DNA from: Vicugna vicugna
Lineage: Eukaryota
NCBI GenBank assembly: GCA_013265495.1
Contig: MU058257.1
Span: 982,020 to 1,046,019, forward strand
DNA: 64,000 nucleotides
Reading direction: 5' to 3'
A program made the translations under genes and the position numbers. This document shows, piece after piece, positions 51,621 through 63,254 of this stretch. The number at the start of each line of letters is the position of its first letter. The stretch's first letter is position 1. The notes under the pieces were generated by a model. The model was not told the origin of the DNA and did not search any database. It was given only the letters and a program-made list of their open reading frames with translations.

Positions 51621-52647
51621 TTTGTTTCAGCTTTTAGTGTTTGCGCTTTTCCTTGCACATGTATGGAATGTTAACATTTTAAGTGGTGACTGGATGACCT
51701 CATGGCAGAAATACTTCAATGGCGTGGGAGGCATGGACTTTGGGTTCCCCGGCCCAGACCCTGATGGCATCATCCACCACCCAGAATGCCCACCCATGGC
51801 CCCCTGCCCTCCCACATGCCCCTAGCAGCAGGTGCGTGGGGAGTGGGTGGCAGGGAAAGTCTCATTAGTGTGCACAGCTCCTCTGACATCCAAGAAAGAA
51901 CCAGTCAGGTGCACGAACAGCAGAGGCAGGAGAATTTACATCCAGTGTACTTTTCTGAATGACAGACTCACAATTTTTTGAGCCAGAAAGTTCATTAAAG
52001 ACCCCAACCCTTCACTTCCCTAGTAGGGAAATGAGCCGAGTTCTACGAAGCCATTAAGCAAAGATGTTTCAGACAGCCTGGTCTGGGAACCAGTTTTTTC
52101 ATTTCCAGTCTGGTGAGTTCTAGAAGAAGACAGCTACTCCTTAAAATTTCAAGAGCCAGACTTTCATCAGGGGTTTTTTAAACATTTAAGATATTTCATT
52201 TGCTGAATGCAGAAATGGTAGCAACTGGCTTCCAATGTAGAGTTCCATTAAAACTCATCCAAAAAAGCATGCAAATGAAGAGGACTTTTTTTCATGTGTA
52301 TGTATTATATTTGCCCATATGTGCATGTAAGCGTGTATATCCGTGTGTGCGTGTGCATGTGATGTATGTGTGAATGTTCCTTTCTTAGCATGCTCCTTCC
52401 TTCATGGCTGGTTTAGCATGAACATTTTGGGACTCATGAAAGACTTTCAGACTCTGAGGAGAGACCTGGATAGTCAATAGACAAATAACCTATCAAATCA
52501 CATTTTCTTAACAGGCATTAACTTACAGAAAAGTAAGAAGAGTCATTTCTTAAACTGAGGGCAAAAAGGGACCTAAGGCAACGCCAGGACACTGAAATTC
52601 AGGCAAAACCAGGAGGATTGGGGTCACCAAAGCCTTGTCATAGGTAC

Positions 52648-52796
52648 TTTGACTTTTTATTCAAATTCTGTTATCAGGTGATTTTTATGAATTTGAAGTT
52701 TCATTTTGTCACTTGTGACCGTCACAAGCAAACTTTTTCCATTTTGATGTAATTTTTTAATTTGGACAAAATCAAGTTTAAACGGCTGGGTAGTGT
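52648..52796 (-). pseudogene. Exon remnant (TTQPFKLDFVQIKKLHQN / WKKFACDG)
   Basis: Acceptor gtattgctttgtag|ACA, donor AAA|gtacct; PLAT-like LD.V.I...F.C across a frameshift. Confidence 0.45.
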
Positions 52797-53102
52797 CTAC
52801 AAAGCAATACTGTACTTCAAAACCCAGGACTTTAGCTAAACCCAAACTCTGCCTCCTGGAACTCCAAACCCTGAGGGTTGAGGAGTGAGTGTCCCTCCTG
52901 GGCTGCCTCTCATCTTTGGGGACCTGGAGGATGTAGCACAGCCCCCAGCACAGCTGACACTTGGTTTGACAACGAAAGAGTGGCTCTTAAGAAAAAAAGC
53001 CAGGAGTGGATTCACTAGAAGGGTCTGGAGGCTCCTGGAGTAGAGGCGGCTGGAAAGGCTTGGAGGCCAGGGACTCAGGCAGCTCCAGAAGGCCATGACC
53101 AG

Positions 53103-53775
53103 TGTTGTAGAAAAGTGTGTTACAGCTCAGTTGTGACAGCAACCTGGATCCAGGGGAGAGACCAAGCAGCACTCGGACAGCTGGGGAACTCAGGTTCATT
53201 ACACCAGCAGCCCCAAAGGAGGTAACACTCCAAGCCCTGGACCCTGGCTGTAGGTTTACACAGGCTTTTGTAGGCTGCCAGTTTACACTTTGCAACATCA
53301 TATGCAAATAAGGTATAACAAACGTTGACTAATTAGGAACAACTTTGTAGAAATGGACCAATCAGGAAGGAGAGAAATAACCAATCAGGAGTGAGCTCCA
53401 TGCAAATGAAGTACTACAAATGGACAGATCAGGAGTTAGCTCAAGGAACCAATAGACTTTTAGGGGTAAGTTCCACTTTCTTAGAAATAAGCAGTTTCAG
53501 AGGCAAAAAGTGAGATAGAGCCTCTGGGCCAGGGAACCAGATGGTGCTGGCCGGAGAGAAGTGGCCCTGCCTGGAGGTCCTGCCGGTCTTTTTATGGGGT
53601 TTCCCAGCTCACCAGGACACACCAGAAGTGCCTCCTGGCAGAAGCAGTCTGTCCAGGAAGCTGCTGCTGCCCCGGGCCACCCTCCCACTGCCATGAGGGC
53701 CCCATCCATCCACCTTCACCATGTGACACGAGCTTTATTTCAGCATCCCAGGCAGGGAACCCTACTTGAAGAGAA
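53103..53775. mobile_element. Probable solo LTR with repeated CCAAT/octamer blocks
   Basis: TG...CA-like ends; repeated ccaatcagga and atgcaaat; minus-strand cataaaaa and aataaa. Confidence 0.5.
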
Positions 53776-55465
53776 CAAGGCCACACACAGACTCAAAGCT
53801 TGGCCTTGGGGCAGGGAGAGGGACGTTCCCCCACCTTCCCTCTGCTTTCTGTGGAGGGAGGCCGAGTGCACGCGACAGAGGGCTCCCGCGGGCAGGCCAG
53901 ACAAACCAAAATGACCAACCCCTCTTCTTCCGAGGGACCAGCACGAGTGTCCCGGTTTCCCTGCCGAGGCACACCGTCAAGGAGGTCTTTCCATGACGTT
54001 TTCTTTTGTCTCACGTGAGAATTCCCAACCCTCCAACATGCCAAAGGAGAAGAGGAGTGTGAGTGGATCTCCCACTTGAATGGGAGGCACAGAGGGAGCT
54101 CGGACTTCGAAGCAAGAGGAAACAGCTGGTCTGCTGGTCTTGCTTCCTGCTGGCCAGGTCACCACCAGCTGGTCCTCTCACCCAGCTGACCCCAGATCCC
54201 CACCTCTGGCATCATCCACTAAGTCTAGAAGCACTTACCCCTGCTGATCGTCCCCTCCCCGCACTCCCCAGTTCCCTCCACATAGGACACCGGGGGCTCA
54301 CCTTCTCCCAGCAGCTACACCAGGTGGGTCCTCACACGCCAGTGTATTTTGGACACATTTGGCTGAACTTACTTTAAACCAAAATTTAAAACGTAATCTG
54401 TTTATATAACAGACTATTTCTACCGATCCCTCAGTTCTGGAAAACATCTTCCCTTTGGGCTGGACATTAGTATTGGATGGAGGTCTGGGCAGGGTCCCTG
54501 AGGGACAATGCGGTCACTGTCGCTGATGCGCGCAGACACCTGGTGGAACGAGTAAGAAAGGCGAGACCAGAGGAGGGGAAAACCAAGAAAGTGCCCCATG
54601 ACAGGGGGCACCCGGGAGCGACCAAGGGCAGGGCAGAGGCCAGCGAATGCCCAGGCAGAGCTCGGGAACGATGCCCCCGGCTTTCGTCTACAGTTCCAGG
54701 ACGGCTTCCAGAAGCTTCTTCCTGCTGTTGAACGCTGGTGTCTTGGTTCACGAAAAGAAAATGAAACCTGACCTTGGTGTGCATTTTCCCAACTTTCCTC
54801 CCAGAGCAGCAGCCGCCAGGCCGGGGTCTCAGGGCCTGGGGGTCAGTGGGTAGTCACCAAGTTGAGCCAGAGGCAGCGTCCAGGAGAGAGTTACGCCCCA
54901 GGGCCGGGGGAACCATCCAGAAGAGGGAAGTGCCAGAATGATGCAGGTGCTGAAGGCGGGTCCCGGTGCAAAGGGGCCGGACCCAAAGCTTGAGTGAAAG
55001 GGGTTGTAACAGGGACCGGTGGCATCTGGAGGGAACACCCGAGCCACTGGGGCGCAGCACCCAGGAGGGTTAACGGAGGGGCTGCCCCAGAGACAGAGCG
55101 CCTGGCTTTAGAAAGTGGTTCTCACGGTTCCCCCACCTTTGTCCGTCCCCCCAATCACACCCTCCAGTGGAGCACATGGACACCGGCTGGCCCTGGGGGC
55201 TTCACACACGGAAACGTGGAGGCACTCGGGCATCAAGCCCTCAACCCTGACCACAACTGGGCATCTTGCTCTTCCTATTTTTGTGTGGATTTATCATGCA
55301 GCTGCCATGCTGTTTCCTTCCAGTATCAATTAAAGACATTCTATTGATTTGAGGTTTTTTAAACTCCAAAATGATTCATTTGGGAAGAGGACAACAGCAG
55401 GAGATAAGGTCAGGTTGCGCTCCCCGAAGGACAAGACCTCGATGCGTTCAAAGAGCACCAGACAC

Positions 55466-55667
55466 CTTCCCCCGCTCTCAGGAAGCAGGGTCTGGTGTTG
55501 AAAGCCGACCACCTGGCTGCGCGTCCCATCTCCACCGTGACTGGCTGCCAGAGTGTCTTCCACAAGTTCCTGGGCCTCTCCAGCCTCGGTTTCTGCCTCT
55601 CTCCAAAGCGGCAGGTCCTACGAGAGGATGTCGCCGAGATCGTTGGGAAGATGAACGTCATGCGCAC
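55466..55667 (-). pseudogene. Disrupted exon (VRMTF / DVHLPNDLGDILS* / WQPVTVEMG)
   Basis: Acceptor ccctgcgcatttacag|GTG, donor AAG|gtgtct; DLGDIL is a typical PLAT motif; in-frame TAG follows it. Confidence 0.55.
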
Positions 55668-57289
55668 CTGTAAATGCGCAGGGTGGAGCGTGGCACAGAG
55701 GACGCGCTGGCTGTGGGATGACAGCTAGTGTCCTCCACGTGGACAGGGGGGCTTCCCTGAGCCCCAGGAGCTGGGTCACCAAACCCAGCAGGTGGGGAGG
55801 GAAGGGGGCGCTCTGCTCACCCCGGGAAGGCCCTCCTAATGCATATTTAGCTTGAAAACTTGCCCTACTCCTGGACCAAGGCATGCCAGAGACTTTAAAA
55901 CAAACACTGATTGTCTTTCGGGGTGCACACAGTGACTGTTGCACAACCCGCCCAACTTCCCAGGTCACTGTGGAGCCTCAACACCGCCTCCTCGCTTACG
56001 TGCTGACATCTTCCCTTGAGATGCTGAGCCCCCGTCTCTGAACAGATCGGCGAGCGGCCACCGAGGATTCTTTCAGGAATCGGTGTTTATTAATGCACCT
56101 TCATCTTCGGTTCAGAATGTGTTTAATCTTGTAAATCAGTAACCAACTAAGGTGATTGCTGCTGATTTTAAATACCTCATGTTGTTTTTAATGGGTTTTA
56201 CAGCACTGGGGTCTGATGAGCATACATGTAATAAAAATACATCCTCTTCTCATTTTTTTCTTCCTTAAACACATTTTCCTTGTACGATTTGGCAAAAAGA
56301 CAGATACTTATAGAGTAAGTTCTTTTGCTGTTTATATTTCTCCTGGCACCGCTCCAGAGAGCATTTAGCAGTGTATTAATCAGCCAGAACATGAGCTCAA
56401 CAGACCACTGCATTTTCCTGCTGCACCTGAGAGCTCCAGCTGAATGCTCAGCTCTCTCGTTGAGCCGAAAATGCATTTTCAGTGTCCAGTGAATTCATGG
56501 GCTGCATCTCTCACCTTTCCCTCCCAGGTGAAAAGAGATTGTGAGCGGGACCTCCTCGCCCTGGGACTAGGGCAAATAGGAACCATTTGCCCCTCTAGAT
56601 GTCAGAAGGAAAAATGGTAAGTTCTCCCTTATTCATAGCATGCCTTAGAAACGTCCGCCAGAATTGCCAGCAGGTGTGTGGGACGAGCAGAGCTGTGCAA
56701 GTGCTCCGACGTGATCAGTCATCTTCTCACCGGTGATGGAGTCCACAGGGGCGGCGGCGGCCAGCTAGACTTGAATGAAACTGAGATGCTAAGATTTCAA
56801 CTTAAAAATGGAATAAAAGGATGAAATGGATTTTGGATACTTTTATACAAGAAAATCCAAAAAGTCAACTTATCTTCCTTTATTAGATTTGTGCAGATCT
56901 AGGAAATATCATACGTTTAAAATAATCCAGCAGCTTTCCTCACTGCGAAGACGCTGTTCCTACGTCTCCCGGAGTGAGAGCTGCCTCCCGGCCTGCCTGT
57001 CCTTCTCGGAGGCTCCTTATGTAACGGGCTGGGCGTGCGAGTGGCCAGCTCTCAACGACACAGGAGGAAGGCGCGCTGAGCTCAGAGGCACTGGGAGCCG
57101 AAGCCGTTGCTTTAAGGAGTGTGAAGTCGACAGTGTGCCCCGTGCTGGCAGGTTTAATTCTAGAAGGCACGTCTACCTCTTGACAGTTTTGACATATCGG
57201 CAGAATTAAACCTCTGGACGTGAGCATTTTTGTAATTGGCTCATTGCCTCTGCTTGCGAATCATGTGTGTGCCTGTGAGTGTGTGTAAG

Positions 57290-57797
57290 TTAACAGGGAA
57301 GAACCAACCTGGCCCCACACTGGATCTGTTCCTTTGGCTCTAACCTTGGGCTCTGTTTCCTGGGCTCAGTCACGCTGGTTCTGCAACTTTTGTAAAAGAA
57401 TGTTGCCTAGAGTCTGAAATAGACAGGAGAGCCCAGTCTCAAGGATCTGACCTTGAAGGGGAGAACACTTTCCCATTCGTAGAAGAATAGAAAGCTGCAG
57501 AATAGAAAATAACATTTGTCTTGTTCGAGAGACACCATGACCTGACCCACGTGGGCAGCTGCGAGAACAAAGGATTACAACACCAGGAAGTTTGCAACAA
57601 CCAACCACGCCCCTCCCCTTTTAGTATAAAAGGAGCCTGGATTCTGACTTGGGGAAGATGGTTCTCTGGGATATTAGTCCCCCATCTTCTCGTTCTGCTG
57701 GCTTTCTGAGTAAAGTTGTCCTTTCTTGCCCCAACACCTCGTCTCCTGATTTATTGCCTGTCATGTGGTGAGCAGAACCAGTGTGGACTTGGTAACA
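57290..57797 (+). mobile_element. Solo LTR, ERV1-like, copy 3
   Basis: Homologous to 9304-9820; TATA agtataaaagg; ends ggtaaca; TSD taag. Confidence 0.88.
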
Positions 57798-57843
57798 TAA
57801 GGGCATCTCTGTGTGGACTCGGTAACATAAGGGCATCTCTGTG
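57781..57843. repeat. 30-bp tandem duplication across the LTR 3' junction
   Basis: gtgtggact(t/c)ggtaacataagggcatctct x2. Confidence 0.9.
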
Positions 57844-58720
57844 CAAACAAAACTGTGCTGTAAAAACCTAGCTTGGTTTACAAACTGCCCCCAAACCAAC
57901 TTCTGAGCATAGTATTTCCTTAAAGGTACGTCTTGCCTGCAGGGAGGCTCCTGTGTTTGTGCATTTTCTCTGACTTTGTTTGATGCGTGGAAATCTGCAG
58001 AGTTGATTCCCTGGAGCCTGTTCACAATGATGCTTCGAGTTCAGCTATGTGTCCCCTCTGGCTTTCCTCCTGAAGCAGAGAAGCGTTCACACAGCACACC
58101 AGGTGTTACTTTCATATTCTCAGACATATGAGAATACGTTCACACAAACACTAAATCAAAACACGGTGCAATTAATGATCGCCGCTGGGGTATCGAGACC
58201 CGACTCCTGATTCCTGCCCGAGGCCTGTGTGCATCACGTCTCTGGTGTCACTGTCCACGTGACTGGACAGTTTGATACTGATACTAATCGGTATTTTAAC
58301 TGTCAGTTGCTGTTCCCATAAATTACAGGCCAGAATTCATCTCATTTAGTCAGCATCATGTCATCCGTTTCCTTTGGCTTGTTCAATAATGACATATCCA
58401 AAGACTGGCTTCTTGGGGTTTTGTTTTGCTGGCCTGGACCCAAAGAAAACTCACTCCTCTGGCCCAAGCCCCAATTTCATGCTTGGGAGCTAAAGCACAT
58501 GACAGCCATTTGTCACCCCTGTGTCTTCCTCTCTTTTATTTTTTTCCCTGCTATCCGGGATCCAATTCACCAAAGGAAACTGGTAAAGACTCTTTTGCAA
58601 AATGTTAAAGAAACTGAAGTGTGTGGATGTAGCTTTCCTAAAGATGTCAAACTGCTGAGGGACACAGGGTTCCTGGGCGTCCCACAGACCTCCTTAGCTG
58701 CATCCCCGCCAGCCAGCTAC

Positions 58721-58845
58721 CTCTGTGCATAGGCCCCGGAGATAAACTACGTCCCACGCAGCGAACGCAAAGACATCATGACCTGTGGCCTCTTCCACCT
58801 CCTACCAGCTACAGCATTCTTTATCGGGCACCAGTGCAAATGTTT
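58721..58845 (-). pseudogene. Possible disrupted exon (...W*EVEEATGHDVFAFAAW)
   Basis: Acceptor atatttacacag|AAA, donor GAG|gtagct; stops in all three frames. Confidence 0.35.
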
Positions 58846-59108
58846 CTGTGTAAATATCCTCTTCTAATTATACTTTCTGAGTTCAGCCGTGGTGACCCAG
58901 CCAAAGGGAACGGATAGTTTTCTTAAACCTATCAATTAGAAAAACAGTCACCGTCAGATACCTCGGTTTATCCAGCTTACAGGAGCTGCGGAAGGGAGCG
59001 TGGTCAGTTGCCACGTGGGGTGGAGTGCAAATGAATGAATCTCACTCGAGTTTCCCAGTCACTGGGTGCTCGTCCTTCCCCACAAGGAATGGCCCATTTC
59101 CCTCTTAC

Positions 59109-59284
59109 AAGGGCAATGGAGGCGTGAGGAAGAGTCTATTTGTCCACTGGAATAAACACTGGGGGAGGATTTGACCTACAGGATCCTCCCTGGGGAACCA
59201 CCTTTCCGGACTCAAGGTACATCTCTCCTTCCAAGGTAAACCCAAATGACATCCCTGAGACAGTTCCTGGAAGGCCACACGTGA
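59109..59284 (-). pseudogene. Disrupted exon (VTCGLPGTVSGMSFGFTLEGEMYLESG...VFIP/GQIDSS)
   Basis: Pyrimidine tract ends in ctgcgg (AG apparently mutated to GG); donor CTT|gtaaga; removing 2 nt at 59146-59147 restores an F.PGQ.D motif. Confidence 0.55.
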
Positions 59285-60499
59285 CCGCAGGTGATCGGGA
59301 GTTCCCAAAAGAAAGCAGAAAGAGACTCACTCACCAGCAGGGGAGGTGGACCCTGCTAAAGTTACTGAGTCAAAGCTTTGCTCTTTAGTTCACAAAGGAA
59401 GCTGGAGAGACATATCAGAAGCAGAAGGTAATTTCCTAAATGGGGATGGAGGAAACCCTATGCAAAAGCATGATAAATGTCCTGGTCTCACCATGAGTCA
59501 AGGACTTGCAGTCCTTAGGAGATGCTGCAATTTCAGTGCCCCATAGACCTGTCTCTAAATTCTCAAGTTAAAAAGAGGATGAAATGAACATAATTAAGCT
59601 TTAACGAGTAGCCGTTAATTTGAGAAAATGTTTTGATGGTCTGAATGAGGACAGAAAAAGAGAGAGTGACGGGCATAGGATTATTCTGGGCTCCGTCACC
59701 CTCTGCATCTGCTGCCCCAGCCTACCCGTTTTTCTTTCTCTGCTCAGTGTCTACCTCTCAGCCCTCACCTGCAGGGGAGTGGATGTTTGGTTCATTTCCT
59801 GGGTTCCCAGGATCCCGACCAAGAGACAACGCTTATGACAAACCTGTTTGCATCAGAAATTGCTGCAGGTGTTTCTTCCTATTCTTTTTTTTCAATTCAG
59901 TTTACTCCAATTCAAGTCAAAAAGTGACTGGCATGCCCTTGGCGTGTTCTCAGCTGGACACAGGTGATACCAAGATGGGCTGGACCAAGTCTTGACCACA
60001 AGATGCTCAGAACGTAGTCGGGGTGAGATGAAGAAACCAGCCAATGATCGGGCGACCAGCGTAGTGTGTGGCTGTGGGGAGGAGCGGGGCGGGGCTTCAC
60101 CTCTGCACCAGGGGATCCAGGAAGGCTTCCCAGAATTCATCAGGGGTGAGTCTTGGCAGAGGAGGTGAGCTGCGCGGGGAGGGCAAGGTGGAGAGGGGTT
60201 GTCACGGGAATAAATCTCGCTGATTTGGTATTTTGGAAATAATATTGGAGGAAAGAATAGAAAGAGAGTCATTTAAAAATTATATAAATTGAAAGGTAGC
60301 TAAGAAGGAAGATAACAAAATTAAAACCGGAAGGACCAAGAACAAGACCCTGTAAGCTTGAAAATAATCCCAATGCATGTTGTTGACTAACAGATTGAGG
60401 AGAATTCGTTTTACAATGGAATGTTCTACATACATCCAGCAAGATTCAACTTCGTGGTAACTACTGGATAGATAATACTGGTGCTGGTAACAGTAGCCA

Positions 60500-60720
60500 G
60501 CACCTGCCACACACCACGCCCTGCTCTGAGCGCTTTACGGGTTAGACTATGTAGTCATTACACAAACCCTAAGAAGTGCTACTTCGATCCCCATTTCACA
60601 GGTGTGGAAGAGTCGGGAGTCCCTACGTAAACTTGCTCAAGCTCACACAGCCAGTAAGCATCAGAGTCGGATTCAAACCCGGGTAGTCGGGCTCTGGATT
60701 CTCTGATTCCAACCACTGTA
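60500..60720. mobile_element. MIR SINE (further MIR/L2 remnants near 310-410, 4410-4500, 19820-19930, 23370-23470, 40190-40260, 49430-49620)
   Basis: ccccatttcacaggtg...aacttgctcaagctcacacagccagtaag...ggattcaaaccc core. Confidence 0.7.
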
Positions 60721-61159
60721 TTAGCAGGTTGTAGTCGCAACTAGCCTCAAAAAGTGAAGGTATATGATGCACGTATTAGCAGGATCGCAGGTTAGCCCCG
60801 AAGGCCCTGGATTATTGGAGGGAGAACACGGCACACCTGGGCGGTTTCCTTCTGAGGATGGAGAAGAGGCCGGGCAACCTTGGAGGGTGCTTCTCAGCAA
60901 CTCTGGCCGTGTTCGTAAAAGCTCGTTTGAAAATGTACTCCCGGGGGGGGTCCCCCTGCTGTCAGGCACGTGTGGGCAGGAAGCACCCTGTCTGCAGACG
61001 GTTTAGGGAGACTGAGGCGAGAGGATCAGTGGTCCTGCGATGCTGGGGAAAGCACACTGAGGGGTCACTTCCGGGAGTCTGTAGGTAAGACCATCAGGCC
61101 TTCAAGGATGTTTAAAGGGCCATCCCTGGTCCCGGTGATGGGGGACTCGCAGAATGATC

Positions 61160-61295
61160 CAATCAGATCAGGCCCCACCCTCACAGCCCCAAGTAGCCTT
61201 CATTGTCTCCTCAAAGGCTCCATCTCTGAAGACAGTCACATTAGGGGTTAGGGCTTCAGATATGAATCCTGCAGGGACCCAATTCAATGTATAAC
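61160..61295 (-). mobile_element. MLT1-type LTR fragment
   Basis: acagtcacattaggggttagggcttcagatatgaat...acccaattcaatgtataaca. Confidence 0.6.
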
Positions 61296-63069
61296 AGACA
61301 CTCGGAGAAAGGAGAGGGCTGGGAGAGTCTTTGTCAGCAGCCGGGCAACCTCCACCCTGTACAGCGGCCATTGTCTGTAACACGGGGTCTCGCCGAGACC
61401 CGGCGATTCTGTTTTGGCTGCTTCTAGATCAGGAGACCGGTGGCCAGCCAGTACCCACGAGCATCAGCCAGTCTGCAGGAAGGCGCCATGCCTTTGGTTA
61501 CTGTCCTTGTTGCTTCTTCGATTTGGACGGACTACCAGAGACCAGGACAGGGTGCTGTCGGCCCCCAAGCCACACCTGACGGTTGGCTTTGAGTCTCTGT
61601 GGGAAAGTTTAGCGCAAGAGGCTGAATGGGGGCTTAGAGCCCACCACTCCTGGTACTTCTCGGACCTGCAGCGAGGCAGCCTGGAGCATCAGTGCACCTT
61701 CACACAGGGTCCCAGGCTGAGGGGCCGCGTGGACAGGTGCAGGGTGGGAACTGTTTGGCCACGTGCTCGGAAATGCTCGTGCCACTGGATTTCAGGGCAC
61801 AGACTGCGGAAAGGGATGAGAAACAGCCGAGAGGAGGAATTCTGAAGGGGACATAGCGTTGCCTCCCTGGGACGGGCAAAGGTGAATCCCACAGGTGTTA
61901 ATAGAGATGGTTTTGAGGAGGTCATTCCTGGCCCCACATCTCCTAGGACAGGGTGCCCGCAGCGACTAGCCAACACACCAGGTCCTGAGGGCATCGCCAG
62001 TCCAAGGGTTGTAGCCAGATAAAGGACCCACCACCCAAGGCTCTCTTCTCGCTTCGCACAGTCTGCAGAGTCAGAGCAGCTGCTCTGACCTTGGCCTTTT
62101 GACTCTGCGCGGGGTGCTTAGCACCTGCCAAGGAGTTAGCTGCTGTGCCCACACCCTGGCAGAATTCAGGGGTCGGGACCCTTAAACTGCAGTGACGCTT
62201 TAACGAGGGTGACAGGTCCCTTGGCTCTGTCACCTGTTCACGTGGTCACCATCTGAACAAAGCCCATGAGCTCACTGTAGGGGCTGAGAGCCAGAAGCAG
62301 AGCAGCCCGGTGCCAGGGATGGGCTTCGGCAAAATACTGTGTCATCGACTGGAAATCTCCCTGGGCACGGCTCTGTCACCAAAGGAGACAGCCGGAGTGT
62401 GCAATGACTTAATTAGAATCTGGCACTCCAGCCAACGGGGCAGATGGGAGGATGCTTGGAAGCTGGTCTTGGGAAAAGCCAGAGAGAATGTGTCCATCGC
62501 TGGCTTGCGAGAGGATCTTAGGCAGCAGGCAGGGAGGTTGGCCCCTGAATGAAGCTCACAATTGCAAAAGGGAAAAAAAAGTCTCCATTAAGCTCTCCTG
62601 CTTGCAATCTCTGAATGAGTTCAGATTTATTTCCAGAACACATTTTTCCCCCCAGCCCTGAAATAAGTGTGAACCGAACTGTGAAAAACAGACCTGGACC
62701 ATATTGTTGTCACTCCCAATTCACAGCAACAATCTTCAGCGTGGAATTCTCACCCTCTCTTTCTTTTTTGCCTTGAAGGATTTGGAGATGGAAAGAAATC
62801 TCCAGCCAAGATGACTCAAAAGATTTCCATTTCTGAAATCGTGATCACTCTTCCCTCAGCCTGCAGCCCTGCAGAGCATCCCACAGCGGTGCCCCTGGGA
62901 TGTGCCTGGACAGAGGAGGCCCATCTCTGGGCTTCCAGAGCCACCCCTGCAACAGAACTGTGCCCTCCAGAATGAGAGGGAACTCCCCGGGGAACCCAGG
63001 GCTTAGCAAACCCCAAGTCCAAACCAAGCCTGCTCTTTCCCATCGTGTTCTAAGTCAGTCTGAACGCAT

Positions 63070-63254
63070 TACAAACCACAGAGTTGCAAATGGTATTTGA
63101 TTATTTATAACCATCAAATAAATGGAATAATGTAGGTCTTGAGAACTTCTGTCGATGACGCATAAGACGAAGAGCAGACTTCCACCCTGGCCCCGTAGGG
63201 CTATGTGATTGACGCCTGATGCATTTCACAACCTTCCTACACTTGATGACTTCT
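63070..63254 (-). pseudogene. Disrupted exon (KVVKCIRRQSHSPTGPGWK / LKTYIIPFI*WL); 3' boundary approximate
   Basis: Acceptor gttcccactccttccag|AGA; GPGW and TY.FP..RWL PLAT-like motifs in two frames. Confidence 0.55.

Larger units (their letters stand above)
443..63254 (-). pseudogene. Intron-containing, largely disabled gene encoding tandem PLAT/LH2-like domains (LOXHD1/long-RP1-like architecture); probably extends beyond the right edge of the window
   Basis: About 25 minus-strand exon-like segments, most with AG/GT boundaries. Translations recall PLAT motifs: LERGQLLVMTLTCISDVLG, PGASTSASCNLTFGG, FEPYEMDFFMSKMIDIG, VTCGLPGTVSGMSFGFTLEGE, DVHLPNDLGDIL, SHSPTGPGW, KTYIIPFI*WL, TFPLEHMLEGEG. 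In-frame stops and frameshifts occur upstream of 11.1 kb. Confidence 0.7.

Noticed and set aside
55495..55728. Plus-strand ORF containing ...KMNVMRTCKCAG, superficially like a TGF-beta-family C-terminus
   Set aside because: It lacks the other cystine-knot cysteines and a stop after CxC; it is the antisense of a minus-strand PLAT-like exon with proper splice sites
56742..56762. CTCF-like motif (also near 46135 and 33950)
   Set aside because: Imperfect matches; cannot be supported without a PWM scan or ChIP data
57781..57843. CRISPR-like repeat
   Set aside because: Two adjacent copies with no spacer, in mammalian DNA; a simple tandem duplication
443..63254. Naming the gene LOXHD1 or RP1
   Set aside because: Only domain-level motif resemblance; no peptide I recognise as LOXHD1 or RP1, and many lesions, so no symbol is assigned
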